A stretch of DNA of 64,000 bases from an uncultured Eubacteriales bacterium (lineage in GTDB: Bacteria > Bacillota > Clostridia > Christensenellales > UBA1242), in the NCBI GenBank assembly GCA_948514155.1, contig CAOQYA010000003.1, positions 6,057 to 70,056 on the forward strand, written 5' to 3'. The notes beneath the pieces were generated by a model. It made no database searches. It was not told where the DNA came from and saw only the letters and a list, made by a program, of their open reading frames with translations. How positions within the stretch are numbered: the stretch's first letter is position 1; each line of letters starts with the position of its first letter. The translations under genes and the position numbers were made by a program. Below are positions 15,679-26,603 of this stretch, piece by piece.

Positions 15679-18081
15679 TTGTATCATTTAATCGTGAAAA
15701 AAGAGAAAAAAGCATTCGAACTTGTTCGATATGTTACAAATAAAGATTTTGGGCTTAGCAGCGAGCAAATTGCCGAGCGTAAGGAACACGGCCTCGTCAA
15801 TGACACGAAAGTCAAATCGTCTCGTTCCTATTTTTCCATTTTCGTAAAAAACACTTGCACATTTTTCAATCTTATCTGGCTGCTGATTGCAATCGCGCTG
15901 ATTTGCGTGGGAGCCTACAGCGACCTGTTATTCCTTCTTGTTATCTTCTGCAACACCGCTGTTGCAATAATTCAAGAGTCAAGGGCAAAGCACATGATTG
16001 AAAAACTATCGCTGGTCACCACTCCTCGCATTAAAACTGTGCGAAATGGAGAACAAAGCGAGGTGCCGGCCGACGCACTGCTTCTCGACGATGTGATAAT
16101 CTTGCAAAATGGCGACCAAGTCCCCTCCGACTGCGAAATAATTGACGGCGATGTGGAGGTTAACGAAAGCCTGCTGACTGGCGAGAGTAACGCAATCAAA
16201 AAGAAGGTGGGCGACACTCTTCTTTCGGGAAGTTTCCTTGTTGCGGGCAAATGCTGGGCGCGAGTTGAAAAGGTGGGCAAAGATAACTACATTCAAACAA
16301 TCGCCTCCAAAGCAAAAGAGTTTAAAGCCCCCGCCTCCAACCTGTTTAAAGACATCAATCGCCTGATAAAATATATCGGCGTGGCGCTCATTCCACTTGG
16401 CGTGCTGACAATCATAAAAGAACTTGTGCTTCTGTCAAACCCTGTTAAGGATGCGGTCACAAACACCTCGGGAGCGCTCACCGGCATGATCCCGGCGGGA
16501 ATGTTCCTGCTTATCACAATCTCGCTTTCAGTTGGCGTTGTCAAACTCGCCCGCAAAAAAACACTTGTTAAAGATATCTACTCCATTGAAATGCTCTCAC
16601 GAAGCAATGTGCTCTGCCTTGACAAAACAGGAACAATCACCGACGGCACAATGAATGTTTTAGAAACAATCTACACTTCAAAGAAAAACAAAAAATCTGT
16701 TGACAACATAATTTCCAACATTTTAGGCGCACAAAACGCCACAAATGCCACATCAACTGCTCTAATTCAAAAATTCTCGATTAAGCACGACATGAAAGTT
16801 TCTGCAAAAATGGAATTTTCTTCGGCTAGAAAATATTCTGCAACATCATTTTCAAATGGCAAAACATATTATCTTGGGGCGCCGACATTTGTTAATGTTA
16901 AACTAAGCGAAAAACAATCGGATATTTTAAAACAACGCATGCAAGAAGGCTACAGAGTGATTGCCCTCACCGAGACCAACCAGCCGTTTGACGAAAAAAA
17001 TGGAGCGCCCGTGGGCATAACCCTTGCACTGTTTGTGCTTGAAGACCACATCCGCGAAAACGCAGTTGAAACAATTCGCTGGTTTAAGGAAAATGAAGTT
17101 GAAGTTAAAATCATTTCGGGCGACGACCCAATTACCGTTTCCAAGATTGCCGAGCGCGTGGGCGTGAATGGCTACGACAAATATATCTCGCTCGAAAATG
17201 TCTCGCTCGAAGAGGTTGAACAACTGGCCGAAAACTTCACCGTGTTTGGAAGGGTCAGTCCCGAACAAAAATATGTTATCGTTAAAACTCTAAAGAAAAA
17301 AGGCAAGGTTGTTGCAATGACCGGCGACGGCGTGAACGACACTCTGGCCTTGAAAGAAGCCGACTGCTCGATTGCAATGGCCGATGGCAGCGAGGTGGCA
17401 AGAAACATCTCAAATCTTGTGCTCATGGACTCTAACTTCACTTCCCTGCCAAGTGTTGTTAAGGAAGGAAGGCAGGTTGTTAACAATGTGCAAAACTCCT
17501 CCGTTCTTTATCTTATGAAAACCCTTTTCACTCTTGTTATGTGCCTTGCAACAATCGTCATGGTGGTGCCATATCCATGCGCGCCGCGTCAACTTTTCCT
17601 TCTTGAAATGTTCGTGATTGGTCTGCCAAGTTTTATCTTAACATTCCAGCCTAACACAGAACTAATAAAAGGAAATTTCATTCCCGAAGTTCTTAAGAAG
17701 TCAATTCCAATGGCACTTTTAATGATATTCAATGTGTTTGTGGTCATTTTCCTAGGCTCCGAGCATTTCAGCACGCTAAGCGCAGCCGAATACGACACAC
17801 TTATCACCCTCACACTCACATTCACCGGCTTTTTAAATCTTGCTTGCCTGTGCATCCCGCTGACCAAACTTAAAGCGGTTGCGATGTGCTTGTCGCTGAT
17901 TTTACTTGTTGCAACAAGCCTTGTGATGCCAGAGTTCTTCACAATGACAGAGTTCAGTTTCACCGTGCTTGTCACCTTCTTTGCAATCATGGCCTGCTCG
18001 ATGCTAATTCTCTTTGTAGCGAACATGCTACGCGGTCGAATAAAAATCAATCTCAAAAAGAAAAAAGAAAAAGCCAAATAA
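15679..18081 (+). CDS. Cation-translocating P-type (E1-E2) ATPase
   Basis: CLDKTGTITDG phosphorylation site, MTGDGVNDTLALKEAD hinge, about 10 TM segments. The TTG start is uncertain (alternative GTG at 15694). Confidence 0.9.
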   Translation: MYHLIVKKEKKAFELVRYVTNKDFGLSSEQIAERKEHGLVNDTKVKSSRSYFSIFVKNTCTFFNLIWLLIAIALICVGAYSDLLFLLVIFCNTAVAIIQESRAKHMIEKLSLVTTPRIKTVRNGEQSEVPADALLLDDVIILQNGDQVPSDCEIIDGDVEVNESLLTGESNAIKKKVGDTLLSGSFLVAGKCWARVEKVGKDNYIQTIASKAKEFKAPASNLFKDINRLIKYIGVALIPLGVLTIIKELVLLSNPVKDAVTNTSGALTGMIPAGMFLLITISLSVGVVKLARKKTLVKDIYSIEMLSRSNVLCLDKTGTITDGTMNVLETIYTSKKNKKSVDNIISNILGAQNATNATSTALIQKFSIKHDMKVSAKMEFSSARKYSATSFSNGKTYYLGAPTFVNVKLSEKQSDILKQRMQEGYRVIALTETNQPFDEKNGAPVGITLALFVLEDHIRENAVETIRWFKENEVEVKIISGDDPITVSKIAERVGVNGYDKYISLENVSLEEVEQLAENFTVFGRVSPEQKYVIVKTLKKKGKVVAMTGDGVNDTLALKEADCSIAMADGSEVARNISNLVLMDSNFTSLPSVVKEGRQVVNNVQNSSVLYLMKTLFTLVMCLATIVMVVPYPCAPRQLFLLEMFVIGLPSFILTFQPNTELIKGNFIPEVLKKSIPMALLMIFNVFVVIFLGSEHFSTLSAAEYDTLITLTLTFTGFLNLACLCIPLTKLKAVAMCLSLILLVATSLVMPEFFTMTEFSFTVLVTFFAIMACSMLILFVANMLRGRIKINLKKKKEKAK

Positions 18082-18109
18082 AAAAGCGCCCTCAAATGGG
18101 CGTTTTTTT
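18081..18109. terminator. Bidirectional intrinsic terminator
   Basis: AAAAAGCGCCC-TCAAAT-GGGCGTTTTTTT. Confidence 0.7.
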
Positions 18110-18755
18110 AAAGAGTTTTGAAGTCTTCAATCGAAGAGTAGATTGAATTTGTGTTTGCTTTTTGCGTTACTTTAACAACATATGTTGTTGCATTTTCCGC
18201 GTCCGAATATTTAACTGCAACATACATGTCAAGGCTTTTAAGTTCGTTCTTTTCAGAAAGAGCGAAATATATCGATGTGAATGTTAGTTTTTCATTTTGA
18301 GCGAATATGTTGCGATATTCGCTGCCGTCCGCATATTTGAGTGTTTGAGGCTGAGAATATTTAAATTCAACATAATAGCCCTTTTCAAGCACATTAGACT
18401 TCACACCTGAAAGTGTTAAGTTTTCGCTCTGCCCACTTATAGAATAATCGCCAAGTCTGCCACTGAAAAGCGAAACAAGATAGGAAGCCTGATAGATGTT
18501 ATCAAATTTTTCCATGAAATCATTGTATAAGCTTTGGTCGGAAGAAAACTCTCCATATGCGTTCGACTTGTCATAAATCACCACTCTGTCCGGCTTGCCG
18601 ACAACTGCCGGCTTAAGGTTCATTGGCACGCAAGCGCCCACAATGATTAGAATTGCAAGCACAAGCGCCACCCCTATAACAGACAGCGCAATTATGCGAT
18701 TTTTTTTCTTCTTTCTTATCGCCATTTCATGGTCAAGAATAAGGTCATTCGCCAT
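18108..18755 (-). CDS. Membrane-anchored hypothetical protein downstream of ftsH
   Basis: 215 aa with one N-terminal TM helix and no known motif. 2-nt gap to the ftsH stop. Confidence 0.5.
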   Translation of the reverse strand: MANDLILDHEMAIRKKKKNRIIALSVIGVALVLAILIIVGACVPMNLKPAVVGKPDRVVIYDKSNAYGEFSSDQSLYNDFMEKFDNIYQASYLVSLFSGRLGDYSISGQSENLTLSGVKSNVLEKGYYVEFKYSQPQTLKYADGSEYRNIFAQNEKLTFTSIYFALSEKNELKSLDMYVAVKYSDAENATTYVVKVTQKANTNSIYSSIEDFKTL

Positions 18756-18757
18756 GA

Positions 18758-21076
18758 TTATTCTCCTTTGTTGTCGTCTTCTTTGTTTGCTTCTTTTTTA
18801 ACTCTTGGCTTTGCAGCCTTCTTTGTCTCTGTCTCAGTTTTTGGCGCTGCAGTTTTCTTTGCTGCGGCCGACTTAGCCTCCTCCTTCTTTGCGCGAACGC
18901 GTTTAGGGGCTTTATCGCCTTCTTCGGCCTTCTTTTCAGCCTTAGCCGCCGGCTTTTTCTCTTCAACCGGTTTTGCGGCCTTAGAAAGTTGCTCCTCGAA
19001 CTCCTTGACCACCAATTCATACTCTTGCTTGGTGATTATGCCGTTTTCCAAGAGTTTCTTGCCTTCGGCAACTTTATTTTTATATTCTTCGAGTTTCTTG
19101 ATTTCTTCTTGCTTCTCGCGAATTTTCTCTTCTTTTTGTTTCTGCTCTTTTTCCTTCTTTTCCATAAGTTTAACAATTTCTTCGGTGGTCTTGCCGGCAA
19201 TAATCATGTCAACTTCATCCTTATAGATTGTTTCCTTTTCAAGAAGAAGTTTTGCCATTTCTTCAAGAAGATTTTTGTTGTCGGAAATAATTTTCTTAGC
19301 GCGTTTGTAGTTCGATGCCAAAATCTCTCTAACTTCGTCATCCGCTTGAGATGCAAGTTTTTCGGAGAAATCGTTCTTAGTTTGATAGTCTCTTCCCACA
19401 AAAATGGTCTCTTGCGAGGAAAGGTTCATAAAGCCAAGATTTTTGCTCATTCCCCAGTCAAACACCATGCGATGGGCAAGTTTTGTTGCATGTTGAATGT
19501 CGCTTGCTGCGCCAGTGGTGATTTGTCCAAAGATAAGTTCCTCAGCAATTCTTCCACCCATGCTCATTGCGATGTCGTCCATAAGTTTGTTGTAACTTAC
19601 AAACGACTCGTCCTCGTCAGGTCTGCTCATAGTGTAGCCGCCCGCCATTCCGCGAGGAATGATTGAAACTTCTTGAACATCGTCGCAATTTTCAAGTTTC
19701 TTTGCAAGCAGCGCGTGTCCCGCCTCATGAAAGGCTGTGATGCGCTTATCTTTATCCGAAACAAGCCTGCTTTTCTTTTGAGGACCCATGATAACCTTGT
19801 TTATGCCCTCGGTGATATCGGTCATGATAATTGTTGGTCTGTTCGCTCTTGCAGCCAAGATTGCCGCTTCGTTAAGCATGTTTTCAATGTCCGCGCCAGT
19901 AAAGCCAGCAGTTATCCTTGCAAGAGTTTTAAAGTCGACGCTGTCGTCAATCGGCTTATTTCTTGCGTGAATTTTCAAAATTCCCTCTCTGCCCTTAACA
20001 TCCGGAACATGAACATATATTTGTCTGTCAAATCTGCCTGGTCTAAGCAGCGCAGGGTCAAGAACATCGCTTCTGTTTGTTGCCGCAAGCACGATTATGC
20101 CCTCGTTAGGCTCAAAGCCGTCCATTTCAACAAGCAGTTGATTGAGCGTTTGCTCTCTTTCGTCATTGCCTCCGCCAAGTCCGGCGCCGCGCTGACGACC
20201 CACAGCATCGATTTCGTCGATAAACACGATGCAAGGCTTATTCTTCTTTGCCTGGTCAAAAAGGTCTCTCACTCTCGAAGCGCCCACTCCGACGAACATT
20301 TCCACAAAGTCGGAGCCCGAAATGGAGATAAAAGGAACATTGCTCTCTCCGGCAACTGCCCTAGCGAGCAAAGTTTTTCCCGTTCCCGGATTTCCAACAA
20401 GCAAAATGCCCTTTGGAATTCTTGCGCCAAGGTCGGTGAACTTCTTAGGGTTTTTCAAGAACTCCACAACTTCTTCAAGTTCAGCCTTCTCTTCGTCTGC
20501 ACCCGCGATATCGGCAAATCTCACCTTTGTTGTTGCAAATGCTTTGGCTCTTGTTTTGCCAAAACTCATTGCACTTTTGTTTGAGCCCGCCATAACGCGA
20601 TAGAGCACCCAAATCATAACTCCGCCAAAAATGATTATCAAAAATGTTGGCAGAAGCGACATAAACCAGTTGTCACCCGGCTTGGTTGTATAGTATGTTA
20701 TTTGGACTTTAGCGCCTTCTGTGCCATTCGCGGCATCGATTTTTTCGATGATTTTGGAAATGTCTGCAGGAGTTGAATATTCAAAGTAGTAGTCTGCATT
20801 TTTTGGGAAGGAATCCTTATTCTTGCTTCCCTCCACCAAAATATAGCCGATGCCGTCACTGTAATAGAAATCGGTCATTTGAATATTTTCTTTATGCGCA
20901 TCTTCATCCACATAAGTTCCCGAAATCAGGCTGTCTACAGCGCTGAGTTTGACCGCCTTTCCCGGGCTTGTGGTGTCGATAAACAAAAAGCAAATCAGAA
21001 GCACCACGAGCAATAATAATATCAGATATGAGAACCTAAAGCCCCCTTTTTTCTCTTCCAAGTTAATAACCTCCAA
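18758..21076 (-). CDS. ftsH: ATP-dependent zinc metalloprotease FtsH with long C-terminal extension
   Basis: [17 protein letters not shown] Walker [11 protein letters not shown] Walker B, HEAGHALL zinc site. The last ~137 aa are a charged coiled-coil/SHOCT-like/K-A-rich tail. Confidence 0.95.
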   Translation of the reverse strand: MEVINLEEKKGGFRFSYLILLLLVVLLICFLFIDTTSPGKAVKLSAVDSLISGTYVDEDAHKENIQMTDFYYSDGIGYILVEGSKNKDSFPKNADYYFEYSTPADISKIIEKIDAANGTEGAKVQITYYTTKPGDNWFMSLLPTFLIIIFGGVMIWVLYRVMAGSNKSAMSFGKTRAKAFATTKVRFADIAGADEEKAELEEVVEFLKNPKKFTDLGARIPKGILLVGNPGTGKTLLARAVAGESNVPFISISGSDFVEMFVGVGASRVRDLFDQAKKNKPCIVFIDEIDAVGRQRGAGLGGGNDEREQTLNQLLVEMDGFEPNEGIIVLAATNRSDVLDPALLRPGRFDRQIYVHVPDVKGREGILKIHARNKPIDDSVDFKTLARITAGFTGADIENMLNEAAILAARANRPTIIMTDITEGINKVIMGPQKKSRLVSDKDKRITAFHEAGHALLAKKLENCDDVQEVSIIPRGMAGGYTMSRPDEDESFVSYNKLMDDIAMSMGGRIAEELIFGQITTGAASDIQHATKLAHRMVFDWGMSKNLGFMNLSSQETIFVGRDYQTKNDFSEKLASQADDEVREILASNYKRAKKIISDNKNLLEEMAKLLLEKETIYKDEVDMIIAGKTTEEIVKLMEKKEKEQKQKEEKIREKQEEIKKLEEYKNKVAEGKKLLENGIITKQEYELVVKEFEEQLSKAAKPVEEKKPAAKAEKKAEEGDKAPKRVRAKKEEAKSAAAKKTAAPKTETETKKAAKPRVKKEANKEDDNKGE

Positions 21077-21192
21077 TAGATATGAGATATTCTAGCATAA
21101 TCGCATAATTTTTCCAACCGATTTAAATGGTCTTAAATACTAGTATATATCTTTTCTTCTATATTTTTGACAAAAAAGGGTTTTTGTTATCA

Positions 21193-22527
21193 CTAATTAG
21201 GAAAAACTGAGACATTGAATTTAAACACAATGTGCGACAAAAATTCGTCAGGGTCGCCAATCTCCCGAACAAATCTCTTGGTCTCGGCACGCTTTGAACG
21301 ATAGAATTTTTCGTATATCTCAAGCACATCGCATTTCTTCTCGGTGAGCAACATTAGCGAAGAATTAATCTGCTTTTTAATATCCTCCTCCATTTTTTCT
21401 CTCACCTTTTCACTTATATAACTTGGCTCATGCTTTTTGGCGCGGTCGTCCTTGCTGCCATTGACCTCCACCAGCGAAACAAACACTCTAAGGTCCACGC
21501 TGTAGACCGGATAGCCATTTTCATATTCCACATTATCAAGCACCTGCTTTGCGTTTATGCGATAAATGAGGCTGGCATTTGTAAAGTTCTCGTCGCTGAC
21601 CTGGTCGAGTGCAAGTGTTGTTCCTTCTGTTTTAGAATTGAACCAGTTCAACCCGCGAAGTGTGTCACGGTCGATAATTGCTGCCATTTTGCCGTCTTTA
21701 ACGATAATTTCGCTGCCGTCGTTGATAAGTTCCACTTTTTTAGGGTCACCACTGCCCTGAGCTGCGCCTCCCGAAGTTTGCGCGCCGCCGCCTTGACCGC
21801 CACTTTGGCCGCCAGCACCTCCGCCGAGCGCTCCTCCAAGCATGCCGCCGTCGCCTCCACTCTCGCCGCCGCCGGAACTTCCGCCGGCACTTGGGTCTTC
21901 GACTGGAATGCCGTCAATGTCGCCTTTTGAGAGTGGGAAGAAACTTAACATACTGCTTCTTGTCGGCGAATAATAGCCTTTCATGAAAGCGCTAATCGTG
22001 GTGTCGTTCCAATAAACATAGTTGGAGTTATAGAAAGAAAGTTCCTCCAAATTTATTTCCGTCTGGCTGTCAAGTTCAGTGATAAAGTCGAGAAAGCTTT
22101 TAGAGTCGACATTGGTCGCTACAAGCACACAACTTTGTGGCAGTGACGCCACGCGCACTAAAAAGTCAAGTGCCGGCGCAATGTCCTCTTCCAGCAGTTT
22201 TTCGCTAATCACCGTGGTGTGAACATGAAAAAGAGAAATGTTTTTGCCCACTTGCAGCCCCGCCTTTGTAAGTGCCTCACTGAGCGTTTTGCCGGTGCTT
22301 GTGAAAACTTCGTAACTTTCGGTGTAGGTCTGATTTGGATATGACAAAAATGTGAGCAACGACACCTCAAATTCGTCCTCTTTCTTGTCTATTCCCACGG
22401 CGGTGATAATCGAGTTATCAACACTTTCGGGCGGAGCGATAATAGCGTGGGGAAAGAAGCACAGAAGAATGACTATAAGCATCAAAAGAACGGGCGTGTG
22501 TTTGACAACGTTTAGAAACTTCTTCAC
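21193..22527 (-). CDS. gerAC: Spore germination protein, Ger(x)C lipoprotein family, with Gly-rich insertion
   Basis: Third gene of a gerA-type operon with overlapping starts and stops. N-terminal signal/anchor. Internal SAGGSSGGGESGGDGGMLGGALGGGAGGQSGGQGGG block. Confidence 0.75.
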   Translation of the reverse strand: MKKFLNVVKHTPVLLMLIVILLCFFPHAIIAPPESVDNSIITAVGIDKKEDEFEVSLLTFLSYPNQTYTESYEVFTSTGKTLSEALTKAGLQVGKNISLFHVHTTVISEKLLEEDIAPALDFLVRVASLPQSCVLVATNVDSKSFLDFITELDSQTEINLEELSFYNSNYVYWNDTTISAFMKGYYSPTRSSMLSFFPLSKGDIDGIPVEDPSAGGSSGGGESGGDGGMLGGALGGGAGGQSGGQGGGAQTSGGAAQGSGDPKKVELINDGSEIIVKDGKMAAIIDRDTLRGLNWFNSKTEGTTLALDQVSDENFTNASLIYRINAKQVLDNVEYENGYPVYSVDLRVFVSLVEVNGSKDDRAKKHEPSYISEKVREKMEEDIKKQINSSLMLLTEKKCDVLEIYEKFYRSKRAETKRFVREIGDPDEFLSHIVFKFNVSVFPN

Positions 22528-23606
22528 TTCTCACCTCCCTTGTCAAGTTTTTTCTTAGCAAAGAAGAAGACGATTGTCGGCAGAATAAAATGCAAAAGAA
22601 TTGCAAGATATGAAACAAACTCCTGCCCAATTTTTATCGCAACAAGATAGTTTATCAGCGAAGAGAGCACAATCGCGATAAACAAAATGTCGAAGACGAC
22701 CACTGAATATGCGGTGGAAAGTTTAGAGAATATTTTCACAAAGCACTCCGAAAAAGCATAGGCATAGAGGCTGAGTTGAAAGAATGCAAGGAACATAATT
22801 GTTATAATGGCAATAAGGTCAAGCCTGCCAAGGTCGATAAAGCGATAGGAAAATGTGATAATGTCCGACACTGCATTTTTGTGCACAAAACTGGTCACGC
22901 CGAATATGCTGTAGAACATGAAATATATTATCAGCATGATGGTCACGCTAAAGGCCGCATAGCCGAAAATGCGCTTGAAATCTTTGCGCTTGACTTCAAG
23001 TTTGTCCATGATAACAAACAGGACAAGCAAATCGCCAAAGCAGAAAGTATGGCGGAAGATGCCGTCGAAAAAGGACTTAGCATTGCTTTCAAAGAAGAAT
23101 GGCAATCTGTCAAAATTGGCAATCGACAGAAATAGACAAAGCACAAGACTTGCCATAATGAAAACATAGAAAAATTCGCACCCTCTTGCAATCGGTCTAA
23201 TTCCTCTAAGCACGCTTGTGTTCATGATAACGAGAAAAGCAAAAATGAAGATAAAATAACTTGCGTCAATGTAAACTTGCACCTTTAAATACATGTAGAT
23301 TATATTAAAAAGCAGCATAACTTTGTAGAAAAAATAGACAATTAAGATCAGATAAAATGCCTTGGCCGCAAAAGTGCCCATTTTATTTTTAATTATGTCA
23401 TAAAAACTATCGTTTGGAAAAGCCTCTTTAACGCGAAGAAAAAGATAGAGCATTATTAGTTCAAACGCGAGCAATATCGCAATCATGAAAAAGCCGTCTG
23501 CCTTCGATTTTTCATAAAAGAGCGAAGGTAGAACAAGAATTTTGTTCGCAAACAAAATCAGCGAGGCAATTATGCCTGTTTGTCTGGAAGAGACCGCTTT
23601 CGTCAT
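22524..23606 (-). CDS. gerAB: Spore germination protein, GerAB-type permease
   Basis: 360-aa polytopic membrane protein between GerAA- and GerAC-like genes, 4-nt overlaps on both sides. Confidence 0.8.
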   Translation of the reverse strand: MTKAVSSRQTGIIASLILFANKILVLPSLFYEKSKADGFFMIAILLAFELIMLYLFLRVKEAFPNDSFYDIIKNKMGTFAAKAFYLILIVYFFYKVMLLFNIIYMYLKVQVYIDASYFIFIFAFLVIMNTSVLRGIRPIARGCEFFYVFIMASLVLCLFLSIANFDRLPFFFESNAKSFFDGIFRHTFCFGDLLVLFVIMDKLEVKRKDFKRIFGYAAFSVTIMLIIYFMFYSIFGVTSFVHKNAVSDIITFSYRFIDLGRLDLIAIITIMFLAFFQLSLYAYAFSECFVKIFSKLSTAYSVVVFDILFIAIVLSSLINYLVAIKIGQEFVSYLAILLHFILPTIVFFFAKKKLDKGGEK

Positions 23607-25030
23607 TTTTGCCTCGTTTTATTGTAGTTTCTAAACGACTGCGGCCGCTTTTTCATGCCTTGAATCGGCGACATGATTATGCCGTCTTTAAGGTCGCTGT
23701 TAACTCTTGGCGCATATGGAGCAAGATATGGCGCGCCATAGGAGTCGATGGAAGCAAGATAAACAATAAGATACACAAACAGCCCCACAATGCCAATCAT
23801 GCCAAGCGAGCCGCCCACAAACAGGAAGATATATTGCATCACAGTCAGTTGATATGCATGTTCCGGAATAACATATAGCGCAATTTTTGCAAGCGCAATA
23901 ATAATAACGCCGGGCGGCGAAATCAAGCCGGCTTTAACGCCGGTGTCGCCCAAAATCAGCGCGCCCACAATGCTGGTGGCAAGCCCCAAATAACTTGGCA
24001 GCCTTAGCGAGACCTCATACAAAATCTGGAACAAAAGGCTGATAAAAAGCATCTCCAAAAACGGAGTGAAAGGCAGTCCCTTGGTGGTGTTTGTGATAGT
24101 TATCAAGAACTTTATCGGAATAACATTCTGGTGATAAACACGCAGCGCGATATAACTTCCAGGCACGATAACTGCAATAATAATGCCCAAAAGTCTGACA
24201 ATTCTGATAAACGATGCATAGATGTGCGAGTTATAGTAATCATTGCTCGACTGAATTTCTTCCATGAAAATGAAAGGAAGAGTCAGCACAATCGGCGAGC
24301 CATCCACCATAATGGCCACCCTGCCTTCCAGCATCTTAGCAGCCACAATGTCCGGCTTTTCCACGCTTCCCACCTGCTTAAAAAGCGATTGCGGGTTCTT
24401 TTCCAGGAATTTAATTATATATTGCGAGTCAATTATGCCGTCAATGTCAATCTGGCCAAGTTTTTTTTCGATTTCTTTAACAACATCCTTGCTGGCCACG
24501 CCTTTGATGTAGGCAAGCACAATTCGCGTGTTGGAATATCTGCCCACAAAAACATCCTTAAGCACAAGATTTTTGTTGTAAAATCGGCGACGAATGAGGG
24601 TGACATTTGTTTTAACATCTTCTGTGAAGCCCTCTCGCGGGCCCTGAATAACAGCCGATGTCGGCGGCTCAGACGGCATTCTAGCAGGAAACTTTTGAAT
24701 ATCAATCGATAAAAGTTTATTCTCGCCGCTCACAAACAGCACAACATTGCCCATAAGCACCTTGTCTGCTGCCTCGCTCTCTTCAATTTCGGAAACATCG
24801 GCCGTTTTAATGATGTTTGATGTCAAACTCTCAAGACTGATTTTATCTTGAGTTCTCACAATGGGCTCATAAATTCCGTCGACAAAGAGAGCATTGTCAA
24901 TCATGCTTTTAAGAAAAACAAGGCCGATTTTGGTCTCTTCTTTTTCAATTATTCTGCTGGCAACATCGCTTGAGGAGTTAAGTTCTTTTTTTAACTTCTC
25001 CACTGCCGCTTCAACATCAGAAAAAAGCAT
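23603..25030 (-). CDS. gerAA: Spore germination protein, GerAA family
   Basis: 475 aa with a soluble N-terminal domain and C-terminal TM helices. Typical GerA-family layout and operon position. Confidence 0.8.
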   Translation of the reverse strand: MLFSDVEAAVEKLKKELNSSSDVASRIIEKEETKIGLVFLKSMIDNALFVDGIYEPIVRTQDKISLESLTSNIIKTADVSEIEESEAADKVLMGNVVLFVSGENKLLSIDIQKFPARMPSEPPTSAVIQGPREGFTEDVKTNVTLIRRRFYNKNLVLKDVFVGRYSNTRIVLAYIKGVASKDVVKEIEKKLGQIDIDGIIDSQYIIKFLEKNPQSLFKQVGSVEKPDIVAAKMLEGRVAIMVDGSPIVLTLPFIFMEEIQSSNDYYNSHIYASFIRIVRLLGIIIAVIVPGSYIALRVYHQNVIPIKFLITITNTTKGLPFTPFLEMLFISLLFQILYEVSLRLPSYLGLATSIVGALILGDTGVKAGLISPPGVIIIALAKIALYVIPEHAYQLTVMQYIFLFVGGSLGMIGIVGLFVYLIVYLASIDSYGAPYLAPYAPRVNSDLKDGIIMSPIQGMKKRPQSFRNYNKTRQK

Positions 25031-25115
25031 ACTCCCTTCCTTTTTGAGTTAGTATGCTTAAAAAAGATGTAAATATTAAATTTTTCTCGCTCTCATTGGC
25101 AGAACTTTTAAAATG

Positions 25116-26033
25116 CTATTTTTCAAGCACAGTTGCTTTGCCATTGAAAATATTCCAAGCATCCCCAAGCGGGCGCACAGTGAATGTTTTATCTTGCGAA
25201 TAAACTCCGGCCGCCGAGAACGATATCACAAAACTTTCGCCCTCTTTAATCACATCAAATTCTTCGATTGTGAAGTCAATGCCAGATTGCAAGTCACGAA
25301 GCACAATAGCCGTAACTTTCTCTGGCGAGGTGATGTGCACAACATAGTCCCGGTCGATGTATGCCGCCGTAAATTCGGATAAAGTGTGGGTGATAGTGGC
25401 TGTTATCGTGTTAGATTTATCACTTTCTTTTAAGAATGTGTTTGCGCTGCCCGCGGTCACAAAAATGTTGTGCTTGCCGCCGATTATTCTTGAAAGGTCA
25501 AAGGATAGCGAAGCGGTCTTTTCTTGAGCAAGCCCATTTTGAGTGCTGTAATAGATGTTGTAAAAGTCCGCACCCCTCACCGCTTGCCACGAAATTCTGA
25601 CATCCTCTTCCGAAAAGGTTACTGTCGGGCTTTTGAGTTTCAGGCGTGGGGTCAGCACCGTCTCTCTGCTGTAATTTCCCGCGAGCACCCCGCTCGGCTC
25701 AACAAGGCAAACGCTCACGCGATAGGAAGTGCCTAGTTTAAGTTTTCCGTTCCAAACATGCTCGGTCACATCCAATATATGCGACTGCGAGTCCACAACA
25801 AACTCCTCTTCCCCGAATGCAAACTTAAATCGATAGGAATGGTTTTGCTCGGAGGCGTCAGTTTTAACAAAAATCTGATAGTCGCCCTCTTCCACAAAAA
25901 CGCGTTCGGCAGGTTTAGGCTTCAAAAGAAAGACAAGCAAAAGGCAGGCCGTCAAAATGACTGCCGCGCTGAGAAGCACACTCACAGAAATAATAATTTT
26001 CTTTCTTTTACTCACACTGATATTATACAACAA
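25116..26033 (-). CDS. Signal-anchored hypothetical protein with FN3/Ig-like repeats
   Basis: N-terminal TM. ISWQAVRGADFYNIYY is an FN3-like strand pattern. Confidence 0.45.
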   Translation of the reverse strand: MLYNISVSKRKKIIISVSVLLSAAVILTACLLLVFLLKPKPAERVFVEEGDYQIFVKTDASEQNHSYRFKFAFGEEEFVVDSQSHILDVTEHVWNGKLKLGTSYRVSVCLVEPSGVLAGNYSRETVLTPRLKLKSPTVTFSEEDVRISWQAVRGADFYNIYYSTQNGLAQEKTASLSFDLSRIIGGKHNIFVTAGSANTFLKESDKSNTITATITHTLSEFTAAYIDRDYVVHITSPEKVTAIVLRDLQSGIDFTIEEFDVIKEGESFVISFSAAGVYSQDKTFTVRPLGDAWNIFNGKATVLEK

Positions 26034-26113
26034 TCAAAAATTGTTAACAAACATTTTTAATTTAATTTTTAATATTGACAAATATTTAAAATTGTGATAT
26101 ATTATCTATATAA

Positions 26114-26542
26114 ATGGAGGTAAAAATGCTCGATTTCGGATTATTAACACCTTTTCAACTTACAACATTCGTTCTTGGGATTGTATTTTCAATCTTAACA
26201 ATCGCCATGGTGTTCTACACACTTAGGCACAAAGGCCAATATAGAAGCAACTTTGTTAAAGTGCTGTTCACATTTGTGCTTCCAATGATAACTTTTGCAA
26301 TGTGGTTTGCGAGCGTGTTTGCAGCATATAACCTTTTCAATTCGGAAGAGTTATACATCATGCTTCTTGCAATCGGATGCGGAATTGTGCTCTCACTTAT
26401 TACAGCTTTCGTTGCTTGGGTTATCAGCAAGTGCATGACAAAATATGAAGCGAAAAATAAAACAAATAGCACTGATGTGAAAATCGAAGTTAAAGTTGAA
26501 GACGGAAAGAAAGTTGAAATTAAAGATGTTGAAACAAAATAA
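26114..26542 (+). CDS. Small integral membrane protein
   Basis: 142 aa with 4 predicted TM helices and a charged C-terminal tail. RBS GGAGG upstream. Confidence 0.5.
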   Translation: MEVKMLDFGLLTPFQLTTFVLGIVFSILTIAMVFYTLRHKGQYRSNFVKVLFTFVLPMITFAMWFASVFAAYNLFNSEELYIMLLAIGCGIVLSLITAFVAWVISKCMTKYEAKNKTNSTDVKIEVKVEDGKKVEIKDVETK

Positions 26543-26572
26543 AAAAAACGGCTTAAGTTAAGCCGTTTTTTT
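26541..26572. terminator. Bidirectional intrinsic terminator
   Basis: AAAAAAAACGGCTTAAGTTAAGCCGTTTTTTT. Confidence 0.75.
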
Positions 26573-26603
26573 ATTCAGTCTTTATCATTTTTTTAAAACA
26601 AAC

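Noticed and set aside
18729-20603. Long antisense ORFs inside ftsH (18729..19226, 18989..19666, 19673..20584, 20229..20603). Similar sets lie inside murC/cofE-like (8169..9143), rpoB, rpoC, leuS, rnr, the gerA genes and the GLUG genes.
   Set aside because: They are shadow ORFs on the opposite strand or in alternative frames of strongly supported genes. Their low-complexity composition mirrors the sense-strand codons.
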